Source: Ignavibacteriales bacterium
Lineage (GTDB): Bacteria; Bacteroidota; Ignavibacteria; Ignavibacteriales; DAOSCP01
Length of the DNA stretch: 64,000 nt
Direction: 5' to 3'
Assembly: GCA_035379625.1 (NCBI GenBank)
Contig: DAOSVM010000001.1
Location: 159,600 to 223,599 of the forward strand
Shown here in pieces: positions 11,417-21,016 of this stretch. How positions within the stretch are numbered: position 1 is the stretch's first letter; each line of letters begins with the position of its first letter. A model generated the notes under the pieces. The model saw only the letters and a program-made list of their open reading frames with translations. It did no database searches and was not told where the DNA came from. The translations under genes and the position numbers were made by a program.

Positions 11417-12755
11417 CTATAATTTCCATAAATTTATTTTTTTCAAATGGGGCATAATAATATTCATAAATTTGTTGTCGCTTTTCAAAATTTTCTTCAT
11501 TCTCTTTTAATATTTTTTGTATATTTCCATAAGATATATTTTCATAAGGTAAAGAAATATTTAAATTGAATTTACTAAATTTTATATGTTCTATTCCAAA
11601 TTGATCTGGTATATAAATTATTGGTATGTCGTAGCTAAGAAGGTCTAAAGCTAGTGAAGTATCTTCAACCATACAAAAAGCTATATTATCAATTATTTTA
11701 TTTAAGTTATTTTGATAAAACTTACCACCAAATTCTTTTTTCAATTTATTTATTTTGTCCACCGGATGAGCTCTTAACATTATTCTTTTATCACTAAAAT
11801 AATATTTCGAAACCTGACAAAATTTATTATAATATTTTACTGAATAATTTAGATTTCTCCCTTCTGTTCTTGCAAAAGAATAAAAATATGGTGATAGAAT
11901 ATATAGAATATATTTTTTTTGACTATCGGTTTTAGTCCTGATAAAATTATAATTTTTACCAACAATCCCAACAATATCTTTTTTACCAGTATTTTTATTT
12001 TTGTAATAATCGTACTCCCCGCAAGCTAAGTAATAATCTGAAATTAAATTTTCGTATAAATTATCGTAAAAAATTATTCCATGGTCGAATAAAATATTTT
12101 TTTTACCTTTCTCCTTTGTAATTTGATATAGATAATTATAATTATGAAAGATGAAATCAGAAATGGATAAAGAAAATTGATCTATTTTATTATAAATATT
12201 TTTGTATTTAGTGTAAATTCTATATTTTATTTCAATTTGCTGTTTAAATTGCTTATATGAACTTAACTCAATTTCGTATTTTTTAAATAATGTTAAGCAA
12301 TAATTGTAAATTTTTTCAATAAATTCTAAATTTAATTTTTGTTTTTTATGAAATATGCTTACAAAACAAAAAATATTTCTACTAAGTAGCATTTTTTTAC
12401 TGTGGAGTGCACCAATTATTAATATTTTGTATTTATTAGCTAATAATTGCATTGTACTATAGCTAGATTTAGAATTAAATACTATATGTGATAAAATTGC
12501 TTTATTATCATTCTTATTGTAAAATAATAAATACTTAATTTTCCATAAGATAATCCAAGGAATATGTTTAATAAAATCTACAATACTATTCCAACGTGAA
12601 AATAATTTTAAATTACTTTTATATTCAACCTGCATAACTATATCTATAATTAATTCCTCAAGAAGAAGACAAAACATTTTTTCTTCTAATGGCAAAGTAT
12701 TTGAAAATTCAGTTATTGCTCTTAAAATATTTTTTAATTTTATATTCTTTCCCAT
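11376..12755 (-). CDS. Hypothetical protein in the polysaccharide locus (soluble, function unknown; possibly a GT-B-like or capsule-synthesis-like transferase)
   Basis: 459-aa ORF embedded between glycosyltransferase genes with overlapping stops and starts. No TM-rich profile, so it is not a Wzy. I recognise no catalytic motif. Confidence 0.5.
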   Translation of the reverse strand: MGKNIKLKNILRAITEFSNTLPLEEKMFCLLLEELIIDIVMQVEYKSNLKLFSRWNSIVDFIKHIPWIILWKIKYLLFYNKNDNKAILSHIVFNSKSSYSTMQLLANKYKILIIGALHSKKMLLSRNIFCFVSIFHKKQKLNLEFIEKIYNYCLTLFKKYEIELSSYKQFKQQIEIKYRIYTKYKNIYNKIDQFSLSISDFIFHNYNYLYQITKEKGKKNILFDHGIIFYDNLYENLISDYYLACGEYDYYKNKNTGKKDIVGIVGKNYNFIRTKTDSQKKYILYILSPYFYSFARTEGRNLNYSVKYYNKFCQVSKYYFSDKRIMLRAHPVDKINKLKKEFGGKFYQNNLNKIIDNIAFCMVEDTSLALDLLSYDIPIIYIPDQFGIEHIKFSKFNLNISLPYENISYGNIQKILKENEENFEKRQQIYEYYYAPFEKNKFMEIIDEAIQSSSNNCHL

Positions 12756-13816
12756 AAATTACAATATATCTTGAGATATTCTTTAATTATTAAGTCCCAT
12801 GTAAATTCTTTTACTTTTAAGTATGCTTTTTCACTAATTTTTGCATATAGTTTTTCATTAGCATATAATAAATTTATAGCATTTCTTATTTCATCTTCAT
12901 TATTACTATCAACAATGATAGCATCTTCATAATTACTTAAATAGTTTGAAATTCCACAATTTTTCGAAATAATCAATGGTGTTTTGTAATACATTGCTTC
13001 TAATGCCAATATAGAATAGGATTCATATAAACTTGGTATAATTACAATTTTTGCTTTTTTTATATATTCTGCTAGAGAATGACTATCTATTCTTCCTAGA
13101 AAATGTATATTATCTTTTTCAATACCAAAATAACCATTTTCACCACATACATATAAATCAAATTGCAAATTATCAAAAACTTTTAATAATATTTGGTAAC
13201 CTTTAAAATCTTTAAATCCTCCCGCATAAAGGACAAAATTTTCTTTATGATAAACATTTAAGATTAAATTATCATCTATTTCAATTCCATTTTTTACAAT
13301 TAAACTTTTATTAAATACTTTTTGGGGAATAAAATCTTTATCTAACACGTTATACAATAGGATATTATCGCAAAAATATGCTAAAATAGATTTTAAATAA
13401 TGAATAGTTTTAGGTATTCCTTTTTGTCTATAAGGATTATTCTTAAAATTTAGGGTATCATGAAATGTAACTAAAGTTTTTATCCAAGGGACAAATACTA
13501 AAATTAAGAATGGATATTGCCAACGTCTTTGAACTATAAAATGAACTATATTAACTCTAAATACTATAAAGAAAAGGAAGGGTATAATCCCACCAGTATA
13601 GACAAAAGAATTATTGCTCTTTTGTAATAATTTTATTGGACTAAACAATTTATTTATTTTGTTAGCATTTTTATCGACTTCATAGAAATAACATACAAAA
13701 CCTAACTTACTTAACCTATCAAAAATAGCTTTTTGTACTTTGTGAGTGGAGCTACCTAAAATAATTGGATATGTATATTCCCCTAAAAAAAGTATTTTGG
13801 GGTTAAAATTTTTCAT
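12740..13816 (-). CDS. Glycosyltransferase family 4
   Basis: 'IPSLYESYSILALEAMYYKTPLIIS' GT-B motif. I place the start at the internal ATG at 13816 (MKNFNPKILFLGEY...) rather than 13861, which would overlap the upstream gene by 59 nt. Confidence 0.75.
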   Translation of the reverse strand: MKNFNPKILFLGEYTYPIILGSSTHKVQKAIFDRLSKLGFVCYFYEVDKNANKINKLFSPIKLLQKSNNSFVYTGGIIPFLFFIVFRVNIVHFIVQRRWQYPFLILVFVPWIKTLVTFHDTLNFKNNPYRQKGIPKTIHYLKSILAYFCDNILLYNVLDKDFIPQKVFNKSLIVKNGIEIDDNLILNVYHKENFVLYAGGFKDFKGYQILLKVFDNLQFDLYVCGENGYFGIEKDNIHFLGRIDSHSLAEYIKKAKIVIIPSLYESYSILALEAMYYKTPLIISKNCGISNYLSNYEDAIIVDSNNEDEIRNAINLLYANEKLYAKISEKAYLKVKEFTWDLIIKEYLKIYCNLWERI

Positions 13817-15053
13817 TAAATACATTCCTATTTTTTTGTATATAAAACAATTGATATACAAATATAAATAATTCTGTAATTATAGAAGAAATTATTGCAG
13901 AATAGATACTCCTAAATATAAATAACAAGAGTAAATTTGCTAAAATATTCAAAATAGTTGCATATAAAGTAGATTTTGCAGTAATTTTTTCCATTCTTAA
14001 TGAATTTAAGAATACACCTGTAAAATTATTTGCAAAATAAAAGAAAATACCAATTGAAAGAATTTTCAAGTAAATACTTGAAAGGAGATATTTGTCTCCA
14101 TAAATATATTTTATAATATAATATGCAGTCAATTGATAAAATAATAATACAAAACTTGCTAATCCAATAAGTATAAAAAAAGTAGTTTTAATTTTATGCC
14201 AATCAAAATGCTTTTTTGAAAAATCTTGACAAAAATTAGAATAAGCAGGAACTAAAATACTATTAGAAAATATTTGTGGGAATTTGTAAAATGAATATGC
14301 TATAGAATAAAAAGCAATTATTTTAATATCAATAAAATAATACAAAATCTGTACGTCAATTTTATCATAAATTAACACAAATATTAAAGAAATTCCTAAT
14401 AGATAAGATGATTGAACAATTTTGAAATATTCATTAAATGAAAATATCTTGAATGATATTTGAATATTAAATTTCTTTAAATTGTTAGTTATTATTAGTA
14501 TATGTAATAAACTTAAAAATAAAAATATACTTATCAAAAATTGAATGTCAGCATATTTTATAAAAAATAAATTTATGAAACAAAAGACAATAATTAAAAA
14601 TCTTATAAAGAAATGTATCTTAAAAGGGTAGTAATATTCATTTAATCCGTAATAGATTTGATTAAACAATTGTATAAAATTCAATATAAATAGTAATGAA
14701 CCAAAAATTACGATAACTAATAATTGTAGTTTTAATAATATAAATAAATAAAAAACACCTAAAAATAAATAAATAATAAAAAATAAGACTTTTAGAGAAA
14801 ATATTATATTTACATAATAAGAAAATACTTCATTATTACTAGCAGCTTCTCTTTGCAGAAAATATTTAAAACCTAAATCAAAAATAGGTGAAATTATATT
14901 AAAAAAAACAGTAATAATTATAAATTTCCCATAATCAGCTTCAGTATTAAGTCTTGCTATGGTTAAAAAAAACAAAAAGAAAGTTATTTTATCGATAATT
15001 CCTATTAGGAATACGTATTTACTATGTTTGAAATTCTTTAAAAAATTTACCAT
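13803..15053 (-). CDS. wzx: Oligosaccharide flippase (Wzx/MOP family polysaccharide biosynthesis protein)
   Basis: About 416 aa, highly hydrophobic with more than 10 predicted TM segments, in the usual position in a GT locus. Start taken at ATG 15053 (MVNFLKNF...), overlapping the upstream stop by 7 nt; the ORF track begins at 15101. Confidence 0.7.
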   Translation of the reverse strand: MVNFLKNFKHSKYVFLIGIIDKITFFLFFLTIARLNTEADYGKFIIITVFFNIISPIFDLGFKYFLQREAASNNEVFSYYVNIIFSLKVLFFIIYLFLGVFYLFILLKLQLLVIVIFGSLLFILNFIQLFNQIYYGLNEYYYPFKIHFFIRFLIIVFCFINLFFIKYADIQFLISIFLFLSLLHILIITNNLKKFNIQISFKIFSFNEYFKIVQSSYLLGISLIFVLIYDKIDVQILYYFIDIKIIAFYSIAYSFYKFPQIFSNSILVPAYSNFCQDFSKKHFDWHKIKTTFFILIGLASFVLLFYQLTAYYIIKYIYGDKYLLSSIYLKILSIGIFFYFANNFTGVFLNSLRMEKITAKSTLYATILNILANLLLLFIFRSIYSAIISSIITELFIFVYQLFYIQKNRNVFNEKF

Positions 15054-16126
15054 AAATATTTTTTTATAGAATTGATAAAGCTTTGAGCGCTTTTTTCCCA
15101 AGTAAAATTTAACATTTCACGGCTCGCAAGTAATCCTTTTTGCATATTTTCTTCACGATGATGATATGCATATTCAAGATTATATAAAACTTCATCTAAA
15201 TCTGGTTCTATCCAATCGTGTAATAATATTTGCCCATTATAAATATGAAATGGTTTATTATTATTTAAAGTATAAGTAATATTATCATTTATAACATCTT
15301 TATGACCTGTAGCATTTGTAACAATTGCAGTTCTTCCAGAAGCTAAATATTCCATAAGGACTAAGTTTGTACCTCCTTCGCATCGATTTGGGAACAATCC
15401 AACATCAGTAAGTTTATAAATATCTTTAAGTTTATGGTTAGGAACTAATTCAAGTGTTATAGTTCTATTTAAATCAATTTTGTTATCAAGCAAAATATTA
15501 TTTATCATTTCTAAATAATTATTACCGCGCAAATTGAATTTTATATGCTTTGAGATAGACATATTTAACATGGTTTTAGGCCACATATTAAACCAAGCAT
15601 TAATCAAAACAACATCAGGATATTTTTTCTGCATTATAGAAACAGCTTTAATTACAACATCTTGTGATTTTCTTAATTCGAATTTACCACCGGAGAAAAT
15701 TACAAAATTATTGTAATCTTTAGGCGGTTGATAAAAAAATAAATCTGGGTCTATACCTTGAATCAATTTACCAGAATGATAAATACCTGCCTGTTTTAAT
15801 TTATATTCATTCCAAGAAGAACCACCTAATACTAAATTGTAATTTTGTGCGTTTTTTAATGAATTATTATTCAATTCTTGTTCAAAAAAACAATAACCAA
15901 TATTAATATCAGCTCTTGCTTGATATAAAGTTTCTAATTCGTGTGAAACTAACGCATGGAATGCTATCCCATCTAGATGAACTTTTTGCTCTTGGGAATA
16001 TAAATTATCCAACAAAATTGTCTCAGGATAAATTCTTGAAATCTCTTTCTTCAGATATTTACTACAAACTCCCCATCCGAAATTTTCACCATAGGAGAGA
16101 GCTAAATATAACTTTTTCATAATCAA
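15047..16126 (-). CDS. GT-B glycosyltransferase (family 1/4-like)
   Basis: 359 aa. 'FPNRCEGGTNLVLMEYLASGRTAIV' resembles the GT1/GT4 C-terminal nucleotide-sugar binding motif. First gene of the minus-strand GT operon. Confidence 0.6.
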   Translation of the reverse strand: MIMKKLYLALSYGENFGWGVCSKYLKKEISRIYPETILLDNLYSQEQKVHLDGIAFHALVSHELETLYQARADINIGYCFFEQELNNNSLKNAQNYNLVLGGSSWNEYKLKQAGIYHSGKLIQGIDPDLFFYQPPKDYNNFVIFSGGKFELRKSQDVVIKAVSIMQKKYPDVVLINAWFNMWPKTMLNMSISKHIKFNLRGNNYLEMINNILLDNKIDLNRTITLELVPNHKLKDIYKLTDVGLFPNRCEGGTNLVLMEYLASGRTAIVTNATGHKDVINDNITYTLNNNKPFHIYNGQILLHDWIEPDLDEVLYNLEYAYHHREENMQKGLLASREMLNFTWEKSAQSFINSIKKYLW

Positions 16127-16178
16127 CCATTTTTTTATATATTAAGATAATAAATTTAATAAAAAAAGATTATATTTT

Positions 16179-16793
16179 ATGTCAAATGTTGAATTTGATA
16201 AACAATTTGGAAATCTTATTATTGGAATAGATGAAGCAGGTCGAGGTCCATTATGTGGCCCAGTTGTAGCAGCTGCTGTTATAATGCCTTTAGATAATCC
16301 AATTGAAGGAGTTAAAGATTCAAAAAAATTAAGTGAAAAACAACGTGAAAAGCTTTTTTATTTAATAAAGAATAGAGCTCATTCACTTCAAGTTACGGTA
16401 ATAAATAATGACATAATTGATAAAATTAACATTTTGCAAGCTACATTTTTAGCTATGGAACAATCTTTCAGAAAAATTAAACATAATTATGATGCAGTTT
16501 TAATTGATGGGAACAGAACTTTTATAAAATCTCAAAAATTTATACCAATTATAAAAGGTGATGATAAATCTTATTCAATTGCCTGTGCATCAATTGTTGC
16601 AAAAGTTGTTAGAGATAAAATTATGTACCATTATGCAAAAAAATTTCCAATATATCAATGGGATAAAAATAAAGGTTATCCTACCAAATTACATAGGGAA
16701 TTAATTAAAAAGTATGGCGTTACTAAATACCATAGAAAATCCTTTTTGAAAAATATTATAAATGATGAGTTATTTGATGAAATCACAGAATAA
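16179..16793 (+). CDS. rnhB: Ribonuclease HII
   Basis: 204 aa. 'IIGIDEAGRGPLCGPVVAAAV', 'DSKKLS' and 'IDG' are canonical RNase HII motifs. Confidence 0.95.
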   Translation: MSNVEFDKQFGNLIIGIDEAGRGPLCGPVVAAAVIMPLDNPIEGVKDSKKLSEKQREKLFYLIKNRAHSLQVTVINNDIIDKINILQATFLAMEQSFRKIKHNYDAVLIDGNRTFIKSQKFIPIIKGDDKSYSIACASIVAKVVRDKIMYHYAKKFPIYQWDKNKGYPTKLHRELIKKYGVTKYHRKSFLKNIINDELFDEITE

Positions 16794-17136
16794 GAAAAAA
16801 GGGAATAATGGAGAAAAATTAGCATTAAAATTGCTAATGCAAAAAGGTTTTTCTATTATTGAAAAAAATTATCATTATAGTAACAAAGGTGAAATAGATA
16901 TTATAGCCCGGGATAAAGATTTCATTATATTTGTTGAAGTAAAAACTAGATTTAATGATAAATTTGGAGCACCAATAGATTCTATAACGAAAAATAAACA
17001 AAGTCAAATAAAAAAAGTAGCAGAAGCATATCTATTTGAAAAAAATTTAGAAAATATTAACTGTAGATTTGACGTAATAACTATTGACTTTTCAGAAGGT
17101 AAAGCAAAGATTGAGCATTATGAAGATGCTTTTTAA
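16762..17136 (+). CDS. yraN: YraN family (UPF0102) endonuclease-like protein
   Basis: 'GEKLALKLLMQKGFSIIEKNYH...GEIDIIA....IIFVEVKTR' is the family signature. The true start may be the ATG at 16777 (MKSQNKKKG). Confidence 0.85.
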   Translation: MMSYLMKSQNKKKGNNGEKLALKLLMQKGFSIIEKNYHYSNKGEIDIIARDKDFIIFVEVKTRFNDKFGAPIDSITKNKQSQIKKVAEAYLFEKNLENINCRFDVITIDFSEGKAKIEHYEDAF

Positions 17137-18296
17137 ATACCATAAATATCATAAATTACTTGTTTTATATCATTTACATGACCGAATTTTTCAACAATTT
17201 TATTTTTTATTTGATTTTTATCTTTTGCAAAATCAAGCTGATTAGCTAATATTAAGACATCTAAAACTAATTCATCTGTTAATAGTGCACTGTGATGTTT
17301 TTCTATTGCCTCGATTAGTATTTGTGGCAACCCCCACAAATTCAATAAATATGCTCCGATAACACAATGATTTGTTTTATAAGTATAATTTTCAAGTTCT
17401 GTTAAATCCTTTTCATCATCAAATAATTTTTCTGCAATATTTATATAATCTTTTATTTCTAACATAACTAAAATACCAATATCATGAATTATTCCAATAC
17501 CAAAAGCTTCATCCGCGATTTTTTGGTCTTTTTGTACAATTTTAATAATTTTTTGCATAATAGTAGCAACTCTAAAAGAATGTTCCCAAATTTTTTCAAG
17601 GAAATAATTAACTCTGGCATCATTCTTCTTATCCTTAAAAAGCCCACTAAATAACACTACAGATTTTACAATCTCAATACCTAACAAATTTACTGCGATT
17701 TTAGGATCAACAATATTTCTTGAGATACCAAAAAAAGCAGAGTTAACAATTTGCAGCAATTTTACTGATATTGAGATATCTTGTGATACTTTTTCAGCAA
17801 TTTTTCTTATTGAATAATTTTCAGACTTAAGTTCCTCTTCTATTTCAAGATAAAGTTTTGGAATTGTTGGCAAGATACTAATATTATTAATTACATCACG
17901 AATGGAAGGATTATTTAAATATTCTTCATATCTTATGAGTTGTAGTATCAATTGATTAATTTTGTTTGCATCTATCGGTTTTGCAATAAATTGATGAGCG
18001 TATTTTAAAGATTTTATTGCCAAATGTTCATCAGAATAACCTGAGAGAATTAATCTTTTTATATTTGGGTTATATAAATAGACATGACTCAGGAAATTAG
18101 CACCATCCATAATTGGCATTTTCATATCACTTATAACAATATCAACTTTATATTCTTGAATAATTTTTAATCCTTCTTCACCACTTGTTGCAAAAAAATA
18201 ATTAAAATGTTCGTCTTTTCTGGATAAAATACGTTTAATTGAATTTAATATATTACTATCATCATCCACAAACAAAACGTTATACTTCTTTTCCAT
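17133..18296 (-). CDS. Response regulator with C-terminal HDOD domain
   Basis: N-terminal REC ('VLFVDDD...ISDMKMPIMDG...SGY'). The C-terminal part has 'LPTIPKLYLEIEEEL....IRKIAEKVSQDISISVKLLQIVNSAFFG' and 'GIIHDIG', as in HDOD. Confidence 0.85.
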   Translation of the reverse strand: MEKKYNVLFVDDDSNILNSIKRILSRKDEHFNYFFATSGEEGLKIIQEYKVDIVISDMKMPIMDGANFLSHVYLYNPNIKRLILSGYSDEHLAIKSLKYAHQFIAKPIDANKINQLILQLIRYEEYLNNPSIRDVINNISILPTIPKLYLEIEEELKSENYSIRKIAEKVSQDISISVKLLQIVNSAFFGISRNIVDPKIAVNLLGIEIVKSVVLFSGLFKDKKNDARVNYFLEKIWEHSFRVATIMQKIIKIVQKDQKIADEAFGIGIIHDIGILVMLEIKDYINIAEKLFDDEKDLTELENYTYKTNHCVIGAYLLNLWGLPQILIEAIEKHHSALLTDELVLDVLILANQLDFAKDKNQIKNKIVEKFGHVNDIKQVIYDIYGI

Positions 18297-21015
18297 TATT
18301 ACTCCTTAATGGAAGTTTTATGATAAATTTCGTTCCCTCACCATAAGTAGATTCACACTTAATATCACCATTATGTTTATTAACGATTATATCATATGCA
18401 ATAGCAAGACCTTGCCCTGTCCCTTTACCAACTCCTTTTGTAGTAAAAAATGGCTCATAAATTTTGGAAAGGTGTTCAGGCTTAATCCCTGTACCATTAT
18501 CTTCAATAGTTATGTATGCAAAACTACTATCAGAAGATGTTGTAATTTTTATATAACCCTTCTGATTCAATTCTTTGAATTTCTCTTCTATTGCATGCGC
18601 TGAATTTACAATCATATTTAAAATAACTTGACCGATTTCATCAATAACACATTCAACTAGTGGTAAATTAGTATCAAATTGTGTTATCATATCAGCATAA
18701 TATTTCCAATTATTTCTTGAAATTGTTATTGTAGTTTCTATAATTTTATTTAAATCTGTCTGGACCTTTTCTTTAGAAGAAGGATGCGCAAACTCTTTCA
18801 TTGCAATTACAATCTTCTTTACTCTTTCTATACCTTCAAAAGTTTCGTTTAAGGCATTTATTGCCTCATTAATGAAATAATCTAAATCATATTTTAAATA
18901 ATTCTCTTTGAATATATCATTCTCTTTTAATGAACCACTGTCATCAAAAAATTGTTTAATATTGCTTAAAGCATCATATAAAAAATTTGAATTATCGTTA
19001 ATAAATTGCATAGGTGTATTAATTTCATGAGCTATACCTGCCGCCAATCTACCAATTGCTTCCAGTTTTTGCGAAGTAGCTAATTCAATTTCCAAATAGA
19101 CTTTTTCAGTGTTATCAATCAGAGATATTAAATATTGGTTATTTTCTGTTTTATATTTGTATATTGATAAAGTTAAATATTTATTTTCACCATTAATTTC
19201 AACTTCAATATATTCAATTGTTTTATTTAGATGATTTTGAACAAATTCATAGAATTCTGGTTCGTTATATTCAATAAAATCTATAAGTTTGTATTTTGCT
19301 TTAGATTTTTTTAATAAAGTTAAAAGATTTGTATGATCATGCCCGTTTTTGAAAATTTCCTTAAATATTTGATTACTCAGTAAGATATTTAATTCATTAT
19401 CAACTATAACTATAGCTTCTTTCAAATTATTAAGAATACTTCTTAAATTTTCCCTCTCTAATTGCAATAGGATTTCATAATTTGTTTTTGTAATATAACC
19501 AGCAATTAATTCACTAAATATAGCTAAGATATTGATTTCATCGTTATTCCATACATAATTATTACTAAACGAATAAAATTGCAAACTACCTATATTTTGT
19601 TTTGAATAAATTATAGGAACTATCAAAACACTTTTAAGATCAATTTCGTTAAAATTTCTAGTAATTGATGATGGTATTTTATCAGTATCATCAGGATATT
19701 TTATTATTTCATTAATCTTATAGTTTAATTCATTAATTTCATTTGTTATTACTCTATCTTTAAAATATTCGTATTCATTGCCGAAATATTCAAAATTTTT
19801 TATCTTATCTTCAAAAAGTATTGATAATCTAAATAAATCAACTTCAAAAAAGTCACCTAAAAGATTAACTACTGATTGTATTACATGCGGAAAATTTTTT
19901 TCTTTTGCGTAAACAATATTTGTGCTAAGAGTAAAAATTAAAGTTAATAAATCTGTTTTCTTCTTGGCTTGTTCTCTTAAAAATTCTTGTTCTGTAATAT
20001 CACGAAAAACTGAGAGAATGCATTTCTGATTATTCAAATAAATAAAATCGTGCCTCGCATATAGAGTTTTCTTTTTGCCATTATGAATATATACTTTATT
20101 AATATTCTTTTTTTGAAGATTGTGTTTTGAAAAATCAAATTGATTATTTAAAAAGATTTTATTTTTGTAATCAGTGGAATAAACTTCAGTAAAATGTTTG
20201 CCAATGATACTATTCAAAGGAATTTCAAATAGTTTAGCAAATTCCTTATTAGCATAAATTACATTTCCTTCAATTGTCATAATCCTTATTGGATCGAAAA
20301 AATTATTTAACAAATTAATGAGATTATTATTTTTAATATCGGTACAAATATTGTCTTCTAATGTTAACAAATAGAGTTTTCTATAAGAAAATTCTAGTAT
20401 ACTTTTTTTTATTTTATAATCTTGAAGATTTTTCTTACTATCTATAAGATTAAATATATCAAAAGGTTGCGTGGATTTTATAAATTTAACAAAATTTTCA
20501 ACTTGTTTATATTCAATAAGATATGTAATTTGTTGATTAACCAAATCTTCATAACTTATTTTCAAATTATTTAATAATATAGTATTAGAAGCAAGTATTT
20601 TTAAATTTTCATCGATAATTATTGCTGGTAAGTCAATATGTTCTATTAAAGCTTGAAGACTAAAAACCAAATCATCTATATGGCTAATTCTGATTAAACT
20701 ATTGATTATGTACCTTAAAGCATTTAGCTTATCATCTTTGAAATCTACTAGTAAATATTCGTTTTGAGTAAAAAATCTCAATTCCTCATATGATATAGAT
20801 ATAGAGATAATTGGTTTATTTAATTTTTGAAATTTGTTAATCAATTCATAATTATGAGTATCATCAAATAGGATTACAACATCACATAATTTAACTAAGT
20901 CCAAATTATTTGATATTTTATCGTAACTAAATATTTCAACCAAATAGTTGCTTTGTAAATCATTAACAATTTCTTGTTTATAATAGTTTTTGTAAATGAT
21001 TATTATTTTATTCAT
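18280..21015 (-). CDS. Multi-domain sensor histidine kinase (PAS/GAF-like repeats, HisKA, HATPase_c)
   Basis: 911 aa. H-box 'AAGIAHEINTPMQF', N-box 'VILNMIVNSAHA', G1 'IEDNGTGI' and G2 'GKGTGQGLAI'. Upstream PAS-like segments. Tightly packed between two RR genes. Confidence 0.85.
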   Translation of the reverse strand: MNKIIIIYKNYYKQEIVNDLQSNYLVEIFSYDKISNNLDLVKLCDVVILFDDTHNYELINKFQKLNKPIISISISYEELRFFTQNEYLLVDFKDDKLNALRYIINSLIRISHIDDLVFSLQALIEHIDLPAIIIDENLKILASNTILLNNLKISYEDLVNQQITYLIEYKQVENFVKFIKSTQPFDIFNLIDSKKNLQDYKIKKSILEFSYRKLYLLTLEDNICTDIKNNNLINLLNNFFDPIRIMTIEGNVIYANKEFAKLFEIPLNSIIGKHFTEVYSTDYKNKIFLNNQFDFSKHNLQKKNINKVYIHNGKKKTLYARHDFIYLNNQKCILSVFRDITEQEFLREQAKKKTDLLTLIFTLSTNIVYAKEKNFPHVIQSVVNLLGDFFEVDLFRLSILFEDKIKNFEYFGNEYEYFKDRVITNEINELNYKINEIIKYPDDTDKIPSSITRNFNEIDLKSVLIVPIIYSKQNIGSLQFYSFSNNYVWNNDEINILAIFSELIAGYITKTNYEILLQLERENLRSILNNLKEAIVIVDNELNILLSNQIFKEIFKNGHDHTNLLTLLKKSKAKYKLIDFIEYNEPEFYEFVQNHLNKTIEYIEVEINGENKYLTLSIYKYKTENNQYLISLIDNTEKVYLEIELATSQKLEAIGRLAAGIAHEINTPMQFINDNSNFLYDALSNIKQFFDDSGSLKENDIFKENYLKYDLDYFINEAINALNETFEGIERVKKIVIAMKEFAHPSSKEKVQTDLNKIIETTITISRNNWKYYADMITQFDTNLPLVECVIDEIGQVILNMIVNSAHAIEEKFKELNQKGYIKITTSSDSSFAYITIEDNGTGIKPEHLSKIYEPFFTTKGVGKGTGQGLAIAYDIIVNKHNGDIKCESTYGEGTKFIIKLPLRSNNGKEV

Positions 21016-21016
21016 A

